Below are positions 1 through 12,879 of a DNA stretch of 64,000 nucleotides, one piece after another. A model generated the notes under the pieces. It was not told the origin of the DNA, made no database searches, and saw only the letters and a program-made list of their open reading frames with translations. Made by a program: the position numbers and the translations under genes. Source of the stretch: Eledone cirrhosa (Eukaryota); the NCBI GenBank assembly GCA_964016885.1, contig OZ024749.1, positions 27,156,001-27,220,000 of the forward strand. The letters run 5' to 3'. Each line of letters begins with the position of its first letter. The stretch's first letter is position 1.

Positions 1-92
1 GTAATGGTTACGCAGTTGTGTATGTGGTGAAAGGAATACCTGAGGCTTGTATACATTCTTGTAGCTGTATTTGTGTGTGAGTGTATATATTT

Positions 93-125
<33 letters not shown>

Positions 126-139
126 GTAATATAAGTGAA

Positions 140-430
140 CGGCAAAGCATAAATGAACTAAGTTAGAAATTAGGAATAAGAGGGATCAGATGCTGTTTAC
201 TCGAGAGAAGACTATGTTGGTATGGTCACGTGATGCGCATGAAAGACGACAGCTGTATAAAAAAGTGCAGGGCGATCAAAATAGACAGTTACGGAGTAGG
301 CAGACCCAGAAAATCCTGGGACGACTTGATAAATTCCGACCTCACACACTTACATCTCTCCAAGACAATGTCACTGGACCGAGATCTTTGGCGCTACACA
401 GTAATACAGAAAACCCGCCTTGCCTAAGTG
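140..430 (+). mobile_element. RTE-like LINE 3' fragment
   Basis: WYGHVMRM...GRPRKSW, similar to 15200-15460. Related fragments at about 9620-9860, 33655-33920, 43575-43750, 51000-51270(-) and 58130-58420. Confidence 0.75.
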
Positions 431-906
431 CAAAGCGAAACCTATAGTCAGTAGGCACCTCTTACCAAAATACACCCATGTCCCACTACCCACACCCCAT
501 CCACACCACCCCCTTTCGATGTTAAGTTATGTTGGTACCACAACATCCAGTCCAAAATAAATGAGGTTGTGTAGGTGTCACAACAAAAAAACACACAGTC
601 CACGCTGTAATGTGGCCTTGTAGGTAACACGGTGAAAACCTCCCAGTCCACACTGTAAACGTGGTCGGTGTTAGGAAGGGCATCCAGCCGTAGAAAACCC
701 GCCAGACAGTCCTATATGAGCAAGACAACCAATATTGCCTCAAATGGGAAAATTACCGTCCAAACCCATGGTAGCGTGGAAGATGGACGTTAAACAATGA
801 TGATGATGCTATATAATCATCATCATCCCTTAACATCAGGTTTCCCCTGCAAGCAAGGATATACACACACACACACACACACACACCTATATTTATGAAT
901 ATATAT

Positions 907-955
<49 letters not shown>

Positions 956-968
956 TATGTATATATAA

Positions 969-1009
<41 letters not shown>

Positions 1010-1479
1010 TATGTATATATAAATATATGTATATATAAATACATATATATATATTGGTAAACGGAATAGAAAATGCTGACAAATTGTTCACAGTTGAAAA
1101 ATAGTTTAATTAGGAATAAAAGAGTATTAGTAATTGTATGGGTTAGTATTCAGTTGTGGTTTTAAGTTTTTAAGTTTTTACCGGTTGCGCATTTCTAAAT
1201 GCTTTTCAAAAATAATTTTGAGATAGAGTGTCCGTGTTGTTTGCTCTGATCTAATTAGTTTTGGGAATTCTACCTGTTTTTATGTTAAAAAAGTGGCTCC
1301 AGCGCTACTTTGGTGTTGCAAAAATTCTTGTGGTCAAAACAATTTTGATTGGTCGGTAGAGGTCATGTGAATGTAAAAAATTGATTTTGCGCCAAGACTG
1401 AGGAATGACTCTTTCACAACAAATATGTGTGTGTGTGTATGTGTGTGTAGTAGTAGTAAAGTGTTCGATGTTGTGATAA

Positions 1480-2875
1480 TGGTTCTAGTGACGTTCGATG
1501 TAGTCAACCTATACTCCAACATCCCCCACAACCTAGGAATAGAAGCTATCCAATTCTTGCTGGATAATTACCACAATGAACTCCCACAACGCATCAAAAA
1601 AGAATTTGTGATAGAGGAACTCAAATTTATCTTGGAGAACAATTACTTCGTTTTCAATAACAAACCTTACAGGCAGAAATCTGGGACCGCTATGGGAACG
1701 AAAACAGCCCCCACTTATGCCAACCTAGTCATGGGATACCTGGAAATCACCCTCTTCACTAAAGTCCTAAACAAATTTGGAAACACTTACACATTGAAAG
1801 GAACTGGAAGCGATATCTAGATGACTGCTTCATCCTTTGGCACGAAAACATCGAAAAACTTAAAGAATTTCACACCCTTATAAATGGGCTCAACACGAAT
1901 ATTAACTTCACGATGGAATACAGCCAGCAACAACTCCCCTTCCTCGACATCCTCATTAAGATCCATAACAAAAAAATAGAAACAGACATATACTACAAGC
2001 CCACAGACTCCAAGCAATATCTTCCTTTCAACTCTTGCCACCCTAGACACGTTAAAATTAATATTCCCTACAACTTAGCCAAGAGAATCTGTACTATAGT
2101 CTCCAATAAAAACACCTGCTACTTACGGCTACAAGAACTAAAGGACACACTCATAGGCAGGGACTACCCTGCATCACTAATTGACAATGGAATCCAACGT
2201 GCCCTAAAACTCAGTACCCAGGACCTTAGATACCCTAAAGTAAATCAACCGAAATTAAAAGCTCTTCCATACATCTCCACACACAACCCCCTCAACAATG
2301 AGGCCTTTGACACCATCCTCCAGAACATCCCTGTGTTGAAAAAGGACCATAGAATGAACCAAATCCTACGAACACACGATATCATAAAGAGCAAAAGACA
2401 ATCCAAGTCAATGAAAAACATCCTAACACATGCCAAAGTACTGCCAACCACAACAACGAAACCCACAGTAAAAAAATGTGATAGACCCAACTGTGGCATT
2501 TGCATCAACCTAATAGAGGGTTCGGAATTCTATTTCAAAGAAGGACAATGTTTTATAGTAAAACACAATTTCACATGTGCATCGGAAAATCTAATATATG
2601 TATTAACTTGCTCAGGTTGTCGAGAACAATACATAGGCCAGACCAAAAACAGCCTCCGCCAACGCATGACTGTCCATAGATCCTAAATTAAAATACGGGA
2701 ATACAGGAAAATACCACTGAGTGAACACATTGATACCTGTGCCGCCCAAAATCATCCCAACTTCAGAATCTTTCCCCTCTACAAATTTAAAGATAATGCC
2801 ACCCACACCCAGCGCATCAGCAAGGAATCTTACTTTATTAACAAATACGGACCCCGTCTAAACACTTCTCCCTAA
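1480..2875 (+). pseudogene. Penelope RT/GIY-YIG ORF remnant
   Basis: Frameshift near 1790 and in-frame TAA at 2684-2686; reading continues to KESYFINKYGPRLNTSP*. Confidence 0.9.
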
Positions 2876-3403
2876 GATGAACCCACAACATACACATGTC
2901 AACATACATACCTACATCAGCACACATCTCTACCCACATATAAACACAATGACATATGTAAACACACATGCTCTATGGTGCAACACCAAGTAGCGCTGGA
3001 GCCACTTTTTTAACATAAAAACAGTCTTGGCGCAAAATCAATTTTTTACATTCACATGACCTCTACCGACCAATCAAAATTGTTTTGACCACAAGAATTT
3101 TTGCAACACCAAAGTAGCGCTGGAGCCACTTTTTTAACATAAAAACAGGTAGAATTCCCAAAACTAATCAGATCAGAGCAAACAACACGGACACTCTATC
3201 TCAAAATTATTTTTGAAAAGCATTTAGAAATGCGCAACCGGTAAAAACTTAAAAACTTAAAACCACAACTGAATACTAACCCATACAATCACTAATACTG
3301 TTTTATTCCTAATTAAACCATTTTTCAACTGTGAACAATTTGTCAGCATTTTCTATTCCGTTTACCAATATATAATAACTTGTGTGTTACACCTCTATTC
3401 TTT

Positions 3404-3458
<55 letters not shown>

Positions 3459-3502
3459 GTATATATATATGTGTGTATATAATATATATATGTGTATATA
3501 TG

Positions 3503-3584
<82 letters not shown>

Positions 3585-3630
3585 TATATATATGTATTTA
3601 TTAATATATATATATGTATATATATATATA

Positions 3631-3695
3631 TATCTGATGAACAAACTAGACGTATGTTAATACTGTCTAGGGTCCTGAAACCTTTGGTAATGGAG
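3631..3695 (+). ncRNA. Hammerhead-like motif at the 3' end of the Penelope pLTR
   Basis: CTGATGA...CTAGAC/GTCTAG stem...GAAA-CC-TTT-GG-TA; weak stem I beside (TA)n. Confidence 0.55.
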
Positions 3696-3775
3696 TAGTT
3701 ATATATTGTGTTGTTCACTTTCTAATTATGTATATATATATATACATACACGTATATATTTATATATACAAACAC

Positions 3776-4192
3776 ATGGCGTAGTGGTTAGAACATTGGC
3801 CTTGCATTCGAATGGTTGTGAGTTCAATACTCAGACCGGGTGATGTGTTGTGTCCTTCAGCAAAACACTTTATTTCACATTGCTCCAGTTTACTCAGCTG
3901 TAGAAATGAGATGATAGGGACCCCAGTCCCTATCATCTCATTTCACTGCAAGTCCCTATCATCTCATTTCACTGCAAAGTGGTCGTGGAGGCGCCACGGA
4001 AAAAAAAAGCATCCAGCCCACACTGTAAATGAGGTTGGTGTTAGGAAGGGCATCCAGCTGTAGAAATCAAGCCAGAATCAGTTCCCGAATGAGCAAGGCA
4101 AGGTCAGCCGACCGGCTACTGCCCACAACAGGACAACCCGTCTAACCCTTGCTAGCATGGAAGAACGGACGTAAAACGGTGATGATGATGAT
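3776..4192 (+). mobile_element. tRNA-derived SINE (second copy 32686-33119)
   Basis: A/B-box head TGGCGTAGTGGTTAG...GTTCAAT; internal hairpin; (GAT)n tail. Confidence 0.8.
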
Positions 4193-5574
4193 ACATGTGT
4201 GTGTGTGTGTGTGTCTATATATGTATATGAATATATATATCAATCAAAAAGCAATTTGACTGTAATACTTAGACATCTCAATAAAAAGGATAAAATATAT
4301 ATATTAATAAATTATCAACTCAGAGAAGTAATGAAATAAATTAAACTTAAGCCAAAATCTCGATTTGGGAAGATATAAGCTCGACAGACTAAAATAAGTC
4401 TATTTTATTCATAGTATAGTTCCCCAAACATGCTTTCTGGAATTCAAGAAATATTATTTCAAAACATTGGAATAACCAATATCGAAATAATTCAAATTCC
4501 GTCATCAGGGAACAAATTTTTGGAATATATATCGTACAGACTTAGTCATTGCTGAGACTGCATGTTGTCTGATGCGTTGCATTGTTGTATTATTAAATGA
4601 ACATATCCCTCTAAATATATTACAATAATATGATTTTTGTTGATATTAGTCAAACGATATAGCAGTTTTGTCCGCAGGACGCAGCTCTTCTGTCCCAGCC
4701 CTAGGCCCAAAGCCCAATCACACTGCCCCTTCACCTCTCCCCTCTCTTCTGAGACACTAGAGTTCTTGCCATCCCTTCCCTTTCTCGTTCCTTTTCCCTT
4801 TTTTTCTCTATATTCCTATTCTTTTTTTCTGTTGATTGCTTCTTTTTTTTTATTATTGTTTTCATTTGAAAAGAAAAATTAGGGTGGAGAGGGAAGTGCT
4901 CTCTTCCCAGCAATTTGTTGAAAGATGGGTGAGAGTATGTGCCTATAGACTGGAAGTGGAGAACTGGGAGAGGACACTTGCCCTGGAGGTCAGGGACACC
5001 GTGGCTTTTTTAATGGGCTTTCTCCACAAATGACCCTCGGAAGTCTTCCCCTATTGGGGAATTTTCCTTTGTTACCTTTTTTTTTGTTATTTCTTTTGTT
5101 ATTGTTTTTTCTTTACATGCAGAAATGCCCATTTGTACCGTCTTGTACTGTCCTTAATGTTATACTTTATGTCAACCCTTGTGGTTAATAAAGAAAGCAT
5201 TATTGTTGTTTTTATTGTTATAAGATTATTGTTATACTTTGGTTAACTTTGCCTTTCATCCTTACAGGGTTGATAAAATAAAGTACCAGTAATGCAGCTG
5301 GGGTCGATTTAATTGACTTTCCCCTCCCCAAAATTGCAGGCCTTGTGCCTATATAAGAAACCATTACTATTGTCATTATTATTATTATTATTATTACTGT
5401 AAATAAAATCCTATATTAATATTACTCCTTTATTGTTGAGTAAGTTTAGATGGTTTTATCATGACAACAGCACTAAAGAGGTTGTCATGTCTTTGACACA
5501 GCTGAAGACTCCTCTCGGACCTAAGAACGCAAGGAAGAAAGAAAGCCAAAAATAAACAATGAAGTAATACTTAC

Positions 5575-5650
5575 CTTCAAGTTTGGTAGAGCAACAATAA
5601 CATAATCTCGGTAACCTTCATAGTCAGCACAGGGATTCCCCACTAAGTAT
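5575..5650 (-). CDS. DNAAF11: DNAAF11/LRRC6 coding exon 6 (LRRcap)
   Basis: cctctcag|...YLVGNPCADYEGYRDYVIVALPNLK|gtaagt. Confidence 0.93.
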
Positions 5651-5689
5651 CTGAGAGGAATTAACAAATAAACATTAACATTATATATG

Positions 5690-6405
5690 TATATATACTG
5701 TGTAGAGGTCACCAAGACTATGTATACTTGTATATAAATATATCTCTATATATTGAGTATAGAGGTCACCAAGACTATGTATACTTGTATATAAATATAT
5801 CTCTATATATTGAGTATAGAGGTCACCAAGACTATGTATACTTGTATATAAATATATCTCTATATATTGAGTATAGAGGTCACCAAGACTATGTATACTT
5901 GTATATAAATATATCTCTATATATTGAGTATAGAGGTCACCAAGACTATGTATACTTGTATATAAATATATCTCTATATATACTGTATAGAGGTAGCCAA
6001 GACTATGTATACTTGTATATAAATATAACTCTATATATTGAGTATAGAGGTCACCAAGACTATGTATACTTGTATATAAATATATCTCTATATATACTGT
6101 ATAGAGGTCACCAAGACTATGTATACTTGTATATAAATATATCTCTATATATTGAGTATAGAGGTCACCAAGACTATGTATACTTGTATATAAATATATC
6201 TCTATATATACTGTATAGAGGTCACCAAGACTATGTATACTTGTATATAAATATATCTCTATATATTGAGTATAGAGGTCACCAAGACTATGTATACTTG
6301 TATATAAATATATCTCTATATATACTGTATAGAGGTCACCAAGACTATGTATACTTGTATATAAATATATCTCTATATATTGAGTATAGAGGTAGCTAAG
6401 ACTGT
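5690..6405. repeat. 57-bp minisatellite, about 12 copies
   Basis: TATAGAGGTCACCAAGACTATGTATACTTGTATATAAATATATCTCTATATATTGAG. Confidence 0.95.
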
Positions 6406-6424
6406 GTAATATATATATATAAAT

Positions 6425-7020
6425 ATGAAGAGGCGGATTTTCAGGTCTCTACGAAGGTCTGACTTCCACACCGATCTCAAGCTGTGGCACGCCGCCCAGG
6501 CCTTGCTCTTCCTCTCAACCACATCATCTTCCGTATTCCCAATCTTTGCTCCCAAATACAAGAAGTCCTCAACCAATTCCAGCAGCTTCCCGCCTACATT
6601 AGTGGTCCCCTCTGGCTTCTCAACATTCTCTACCAGATATTTTGTTTTAGTCTCATTCATTCTCAGCCCCACACTCATCGATACAGTCTCAACCTCCCGC
6701 ATCAAATCCTCTGCCTCCTTCACTGTATTTGTCACCAAAACTATGTCGTCGGCAAATTCAGCATCCGATACCTTTTTCGCCCTAACTCTCCTGAGGTTAG
6801 CTGGACATGCTCACCGACATCCAGAGTTGACATTGCACTCAGTGCTCCTTTGGTAGCCCCTACATGGACACACTAGAAGAGGAAGACCAAGGTTAATGTA
6901 TGCTGATGCCCTACGGACAGACACTGGTCTGTTGGAGACGCAGGACATGGCAGCGATAATGAGGGACAGAGACCGCTGGAGAGAACTCGTCCATGGATCT
7001 CGGGAATTTTACCCGCCTTA
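6425..7020 (-). mobile_element. LINE RT fragment(s)
   Basis: FADD...GLRMNETKTK...FLYLGA on the minus strand, plus rearranged 3' pieces. Confidence 0.75.
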
Positions 7021-7054
7021 GATAGATAGATAGATATATAAATAATAATAATAA

Positions 7055-7940
7055 TGAAATTATTGTGTACAGTGCTCAGGTGCACTGCAACTCTTCAAAG
7101 GTCCATGTATAGTACATTGATTAATATATGAATGTCAGGCAAGTGAGCAGTGTAGGAGTCATGATTTACATGTGTGCGTGTGTATGGAGGGCAAATGTCA
7201 GGTGTAGTGTTGGCAAATTTAAGGAAGCATGGAGGTTTTGAAGGATGCAGTGTCTCAGCAGCAAACAACTGATGCAGATAGTTTGTTCCATGCTTCAGCA
7301 GCTCTGAGCGTGAAAAAATGTTTTCCGAAAGTCATGGGAGCTGTGCTGTTTTCTAACTTTGTAGGCATGCCCATAGATGTTAGACACATGGAATTCAAAA
7401 AGGTACTCAGGGTTGTTGTTGGCAAGATGGTTAATAATTTTGTGGGTGTTTACCAAGTCAGTTGCCAGACGTCGGAGCTTCAATGTATCCTTTGCCCAGG
7501 GAAGCAAGGCATTCAGAGTATGGTAGATGCCTGATGGAGGGTATTCACTTGGTTGCAAGTCTCTGAACAGTTTCCAGGAGGTCAATGTTCTGAGCAAGAT
7601 AAGGGTTCCAGACTGGTGATGCAAATTCTAAGTGTGGCCGCACCATAGATATATACGGCTTTAAATAGATAGCTGATGAGCGGCTGACAAAGGTGTTGCT
7701 GAATAATGTCAAGACACCCTCGACCTTCTTGACAATTTTAGAGATGTGCTTTGTCCAACGCAAATCGCTACTAACAGTAGTGCCCAGGTCATATTTACAA
7801 GAAGACTTCTTGATATTAGTGTTGTGGAGGGAGTATGTGGACACTGGATTTTTCCTTCTAAAATGCATGGTGGTACACTTGTCCACAGTCAGTTGGAGTT
7901 GCCAATCCATGATCCATTGCTGCATTGTTTCCAGGTCTGA
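7055..7940 (-). mobile_element. CR1-like LINE 3' fragment
   Basis: VRPHLEFASPVWNPY...LETVQR; (TTA)n tail near 7045; paralogous to 52395-53195. Confidence 0.85.
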
Positions 7941-8337
7941 GAAATGGAAAAAGATGAGTATTAATGTCAATACTGATCTTTCCCCATTTCTTAGAAGATT
8001 CTAAACCCCACTATCAGGCTAAATTTTTTTGTAAAAAATACGGCGAAAGCTTCTATTTCTAATTTCAAACTAGCTCACTGTTTCAAAGCATACTTACTTG
8101 TCAATATATATATATATATATATATATATAATTGTATTAGGTGTGAATGGAAGATATATATATATATATGCAAAAGTAGCAAAGGAAACTCAATCTTCTT
8201 TCATCAAATAATTGTTTTTAATCCCTTACAAACTTACAAATGTCTAAAACAACATTTGAATGATTCGAAGTCACAGTTCATCTGAAACATTTGTAAGGGA
8301 TTAAAACCAATACAATATAGCAGTAGTCAATACTAAC

Positions 8338-8434
8338 AGCTCAGAGAAGTGTACAAGGTTTTGAAGACATCTGATGCTTGTTATTTCTCCAATAAAATTT
8401 ACCGTCAAATCAAGTTTCCGAAGTGATTCACAAC
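8338..8434 (-). CDS. DNAAF11: DNAAF11/LRRC6 coding exon 5
   Basis: tttgcag|...[31 protein letters not shown]...CT|gttagt. Confidence 0.93.
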
Positions 8435-8709
8435 CTGCAAAATAGATAACGATAAACTTGTTAATTCAACATTGCCAGCTTTATTATTATTACTACTACT
8501 AGGGCGGTGGATTGGTATTATCATTAGCGGGTCTGACGCAATGCTTTGCAGCAAAGAATTACGCCTCTTTATGGTCTGAGTTCAAATCCCGCTGAGGTTA
8601 ACTTTGCCTTTCATCCTTACGGGGTGGATAAAATAAAGTACCAGTAATACACTAGGATAATTGCTGGCCTTGAGCCAAAAGTAGAAACAATTATTACTAA
8701 AAACAAAAC

Positions 8710-9030
8710 TGGCACTCTGTTGGTTACGACAACGAGAATTGCAATTGATCCGATCAAGGGAACTGCCTGCTCGTGAAATTAACGCGTGACTGAACATTCC
8801 ACAGACAAGCATACCCTTAATATAGTCCTAAGGGAGATTCAGCGTGACACAGAATGTGACAAGGCTGGTCCTTCAAATTACAGGTAAAACTCATTTTTGC
8901 CAGTTGAGTGGACTGGAGCTACGTAAAATAAAGAGTCTTGCTCAAGGACACAACACACCGCCAGGAATTGAATTCACGACCTTACAGTTGTAAGCCAAAT
9001 ACCTTAACCACAAAGCCACATGCCTTCACT
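8710..9030 (-). mobile_element. tRNA-headed SINE, second family (copy at about 50670-50957; related family at 26945-27182 and 59070-59320)
   Basis: Shared core ...GTCTTGCTCAAGGACACAA... with a tRNA-like head at the right end. Confidence 0.7.
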
Positions 9031-9327
9031 ATTATTACTAGTGTACCCAGTACAGTGTGTTGGATCGACAGTAATCAGTAGAGCATCAGACAATATGCTG
9101 CGCAGAAGAGAGTTACGTCCCTTTACATTCTGCATTCAAATCCCGCCCAAGTTGGCTTCGCCTTTCACCCTTACAGTGTTGATAAAATAAATTACCAGTA
9201 ACAGACTGGGGTTGATTTAATTAACTTTCCCCTCCCCCAAAATTATTGGCTTTGTGCCTAAATTTGAAACCATTATTACTAGTGTACTCATGCCATCGAT
9301 AATGATGCCAATAGCATCAAACATATT

Positions 9328-9555
9328 TAACCCTTTAGCATTTAAACCGGCCATATCGGGCCAGAATTTTCTCACCTCTTTCTGTTCAAACCAACTGTTG
9401 CCGGCCATTCATACTGATGTTAAGGTATTGTTCTAAAAATGAATAACATCAAAATCTCATTGATTCGATATTATGTGAGATAATCATGTGAAGTAAAGCC
9501 TTTACTGTGAAAATATAATAGTAAATATAGAGTAATATAAATGCTAAAGGGTTAA
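9328..9555. mobile_element. piggyBac-like MITE
   Basis: TTAA-CCCTTTAGCATTTA...TAAATGCTAAAGGG-TTAA. Further copies at about 28780-29000, 31278-31490, 31500-31690, 46729-46960 and 57105-57948. Confidence 0.85.
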
Positions 9556-10019
9556 TTTCTGCAACAGTCTAGGATTCATTTTGTCATATATATCAGGATT
9601 ACAAGGTATATGCACAATCATACGAACTAGGTATAAGAGAGATCAGAAATAGTGTGCAGGAGACTGTGGTCGTATTGATATCTGATGTGCATGGATAATG
9701 ATCACTGGGTGATGAGGTGCCAAATAATCCCAGTAGAAGGAAGCCACGGTAGTGGAAGACCAAGGAAGACCTGGATGGAAGTGGTGAGAGCTGATTTCAG
9801 GTCACTGAAGCTCACAAAGGAGATGACAAAGAAACATGACATGTGGAGAGCTGCAAGCATGAAACAACAGACATGTGATAATGATGATGATGATAATGAA
9901 ACCCTAAAGTTTACATTGATTCATGACATGTGGAAAGGATTAAAGATATGGTATGGCATGGACCTTGGCGGGATTTGAACTCAGAGAGCAGAAAGCCGTT
10001 GTGGGAGTAATGATGTTTA

Positions 10020-10800
10020 TGTTGGTAGTGGTGACAGTAGTGTTGATGGTGGTGGTGGTAGTGGTTGTGATGGTGGTAGTAGTGGTGATGGTGGTGGTGG
10101 TAGTGGTGGTGACAGTGGTAGTGGTTGTGATGGTGGTGGTGGTGATGGTGGTAGTGGTGGTGACAGTGGTAGTGGTTGTGATGGTGGTAGTGGTGGTGAC
10201 AGTGGTAGTAATGGTGATGGTGGTGGTGGTGATAGTGGTAGTGGTAGTGACAGTGGTAGTGGTTGTGATGGTGGTAGTGACGGTGGTAGTAGTGGTGATA
10301 GTAGTGGTGGTGGTGGTGGTGGTGGTGGTGGTGGTGGTGGTAGTGGTGGTGGTGTTGGTGGTGGTGGTGGTAGTAGTGGTGATGGTGGTAGTGGTAGTGA
10401 CAGTGGTAGTAATGGTGATGGTGGTGGTGGTGATAGTGGTAGTGGTGGTGACAGTGGTAGTGGTTGTGATGGTGGTAGTGGTAGTGACAGTGGTAGTAGT
10501 GGTGATGGTGGTGGTGGTGAGTGGTAGTGGTAGTGACAGTGGTAGTGGTTGTGATGGTGGTAGTGGTAGTGACAGTGGTGGTGATGGTGGTGGTGGTGAG
10601 TGGTAGTGGTAGTGACAGTGGTAGTAATGGTGGTGGTGGTGGTGGTGATAGTGGTAGAGGTGAGGATGGTGGTAGTGGTGATAGTAGTGGTGGTGGTGGT
10701 GGTGGTGGTGGTAGTGGTGGTGGTGGTGGTGGTGGTAGGGGTGGTGACAGTGGTAGAGGTGAGGATGATGATGATGGTGGTGATGGTGATAATGGAGGCT
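10020..10800. repeat. (GTG/GTA)n compound microsatellite
   Basis: Direct inspection. Confidence 0.95.
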
Positions 10801-10833
10801 GTGATGACAGGAAGGTCAGCTGGTACAACTCAC

Positions 10834-10911
10834 CTTCTAAGTTCTCAATCCGTTCAATGTTGTTGAGGGCCAAATTTAAATAATCCAACTTCTTCAGTCT
10901 GTTTACATGTT
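10834..10911 (-). CDS. DNAAF11: DNAAF11/LRRC6 coding exon 4
   Basis: ctctaccag|...HVNRLKKLDYLNLALNNIERIENLE...G|gtgagt. Confidence 0.95.
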
Positions 10912-11579
10912 CTGGTAGAGAGAGTTAGAGAGAGAGAGAGTGATATATATAGAGAGATATAGGGAGTGTGATGGGGTGAGAGAGAGAGAGTGAGAAATAT
11001 ACAAAGGTACAGAGAGAGAAAGAGAAGAGAGAGACAGTGAGATATATAAAGAGATAGAGGGTGGGTGACAAGAGGAGAGAGAGAGTGAAATCTACAGAGT
11101 TACAAGAGAGAGAGAGAGAGAAGGGGGGGGGTGAGAGAGAGTGAAATATACAGAAGTAGAGAGAGAGAGAGAGGTGCACAGCATATCTAAAATCTTCAAG
11201 TCTCTACAAAATGCAAAGAGAACCTTTTTCAAGCAGTAGTCCACATGAAATAATTGTTTCTATTTTTGGCACAAGGCCAGCAATTATCCCAGTGCATTAC
11301 TGGTATTTTATTTTATCGATCCCCGTAAGGATGAAAGGCAAAGTTAACCTCGGCGGGATTTGAACTCAGAATGGCAAGGGTCGTAACTCTATGCATCAAA
11401 GCATGGTGTCCGACCCTCTACCGATATTGCCAATCCACATGAAATAATGGTATAATATCTCATTATAAGGCAGGTTACTGTTTACCTTATGATAAGACAT
11501 AGTATGAGGGTGGGCTGAAAAGGTCACAGGCTTACTATGAAGGATTGATGCTAGAGTTGTGAAATCTTCTTCTTCTTCT

Positions 11580-11830
11580 TTGCCTACTTATTCCTGAGAG
11601 GGTTTGGGGAGCAGAGTCTTCAAACATTCCTTCCAGTGGGTCCTGTCAGAAGCAACTGTCTCCAACTGATCCATCTGGATCCACAAGTGAAACCAGCCAA
11701 GCTCATGGATGTTATCCAACCAATTTGCTTGAAGTCTATCCCTGGGTCGCCTGTCAGTCGGTTTTGCCTGTAAAATTTGTCCAGTGATTCTTTCCTGAGA
11801 CATTCTAACCACATGCCCAATTCTGTTAAT
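11580..11830 (-). mobile_element. LINE 3' fragment (related copy at about 38505-38710)
   Basis: GHVVRMSQERI...RPRDR; (GAA)n tail. Confidence 0.65.
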
Positions 11831-11949
11831 CATCTGTGTTTAGCAATAATAATATTAATGGTTTCTGATTTAGGCACACCAGTGCATTACTGGAACCTTA
11901 TTTTATCAACTCCTGTAAGGATGAAAGGTAAAGTTGACCTAAATATTCA

Positions 11950-12276
<327 letters not shown>

Positions 12277-12585
12277 CTACTTTTGGCACAAGGCCAGCAA
12301 TTATCCCAGTGTATTACTGGTACTTTATTTTATCAACCCCGTAAGGATGAAAGGCAAAGTTAACCTCAGCGGGATTTGAACTCAGAATGGCAAGGGCCGT
12401 AACTCTATGCGTCAAAGCATGGCGTCCGACCCTCTACCGATACTGCCAATCCATCGCCCTTGTAACAAGAATAATAGCAATAAAAACAACAGTAACAACA
12501 ACAATACTGGCAGCAGCAGCAGCAACAACAACAACACTGGCAACAGCAACAATAACAACAACAACAAGTGGATAAGTGCTCAAAC

Positions 12586-12679
12586 CTTTCGATGTCTTGT
12601 TGGTGTAAGGAAACTTCTTCCAGGCTTGAAATCTCACAATTGTTGTGTTCAGCTCGTTTTCTAAGGAGATCCTCGGTAA
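12586..12679 (-). CDS. DNAAF11: DNAAF11/LRRC6 coding exon 2
   Basis: ttcactcatag|...[30 protein letters not shown]...AG|gtttga. Confidence 0.92.
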
Positions 12680-12879
12680 CTATGAGTGAAAATCAGAAAA
12701 ATGCAAATATGTGTGTGCGTTTGCGTGCGTGTGTGTGTGCATGCATGTATATATATACACTCCACTTTATTTCAGACATGGAAGTGGAAGATCAAGACCA
12801 ATATAACTCTGTCTCCCACACCCCTCCCTGTTCCCCCATCCCATTCCTTTCTCCCTCCCAGCGAACTCTAAAACTTCAG

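Larger units (their letters stand above)
1054..3720 (+). mobile_element. Penelope-like retroelement, 5'-truncated, with inverted pLTR copy
   Basis: RT motifs FDVVNLYSNIP, GTAMG, RYLDD and LPFLD; GIY-YIG endonuclease LIYVLTC...YIGQT; 1054-1400 is the reverse complement of about 3023-3370. Confidence 0.92.

Noticed and set aside
753-1091. YIYI-repeat ORFs (also 3382-3698, 43976-45615)
   Set aside because: Translations of (TA)n microsatellites.
3776-3840. tRNA gene
   Set aside because: tRNA-like SINE head continuing into a SINE body and tail; no complete cloverleaf evident.
5690-6405. CRISPR-like arrays (also 30680, 48960, 53198, 63055)
   Set aside because: No unique spacers, no cas genes, eukaryotic context; these are plain tandem repeats.
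9911-10888. His/Pro-rich 325-aa ORF (beak-protein-like)
   Set aside because: Read-through from DNAAF11 exon 4 into a (CAC)n microsatellite; a consensus donor at 10833 ends the exon.
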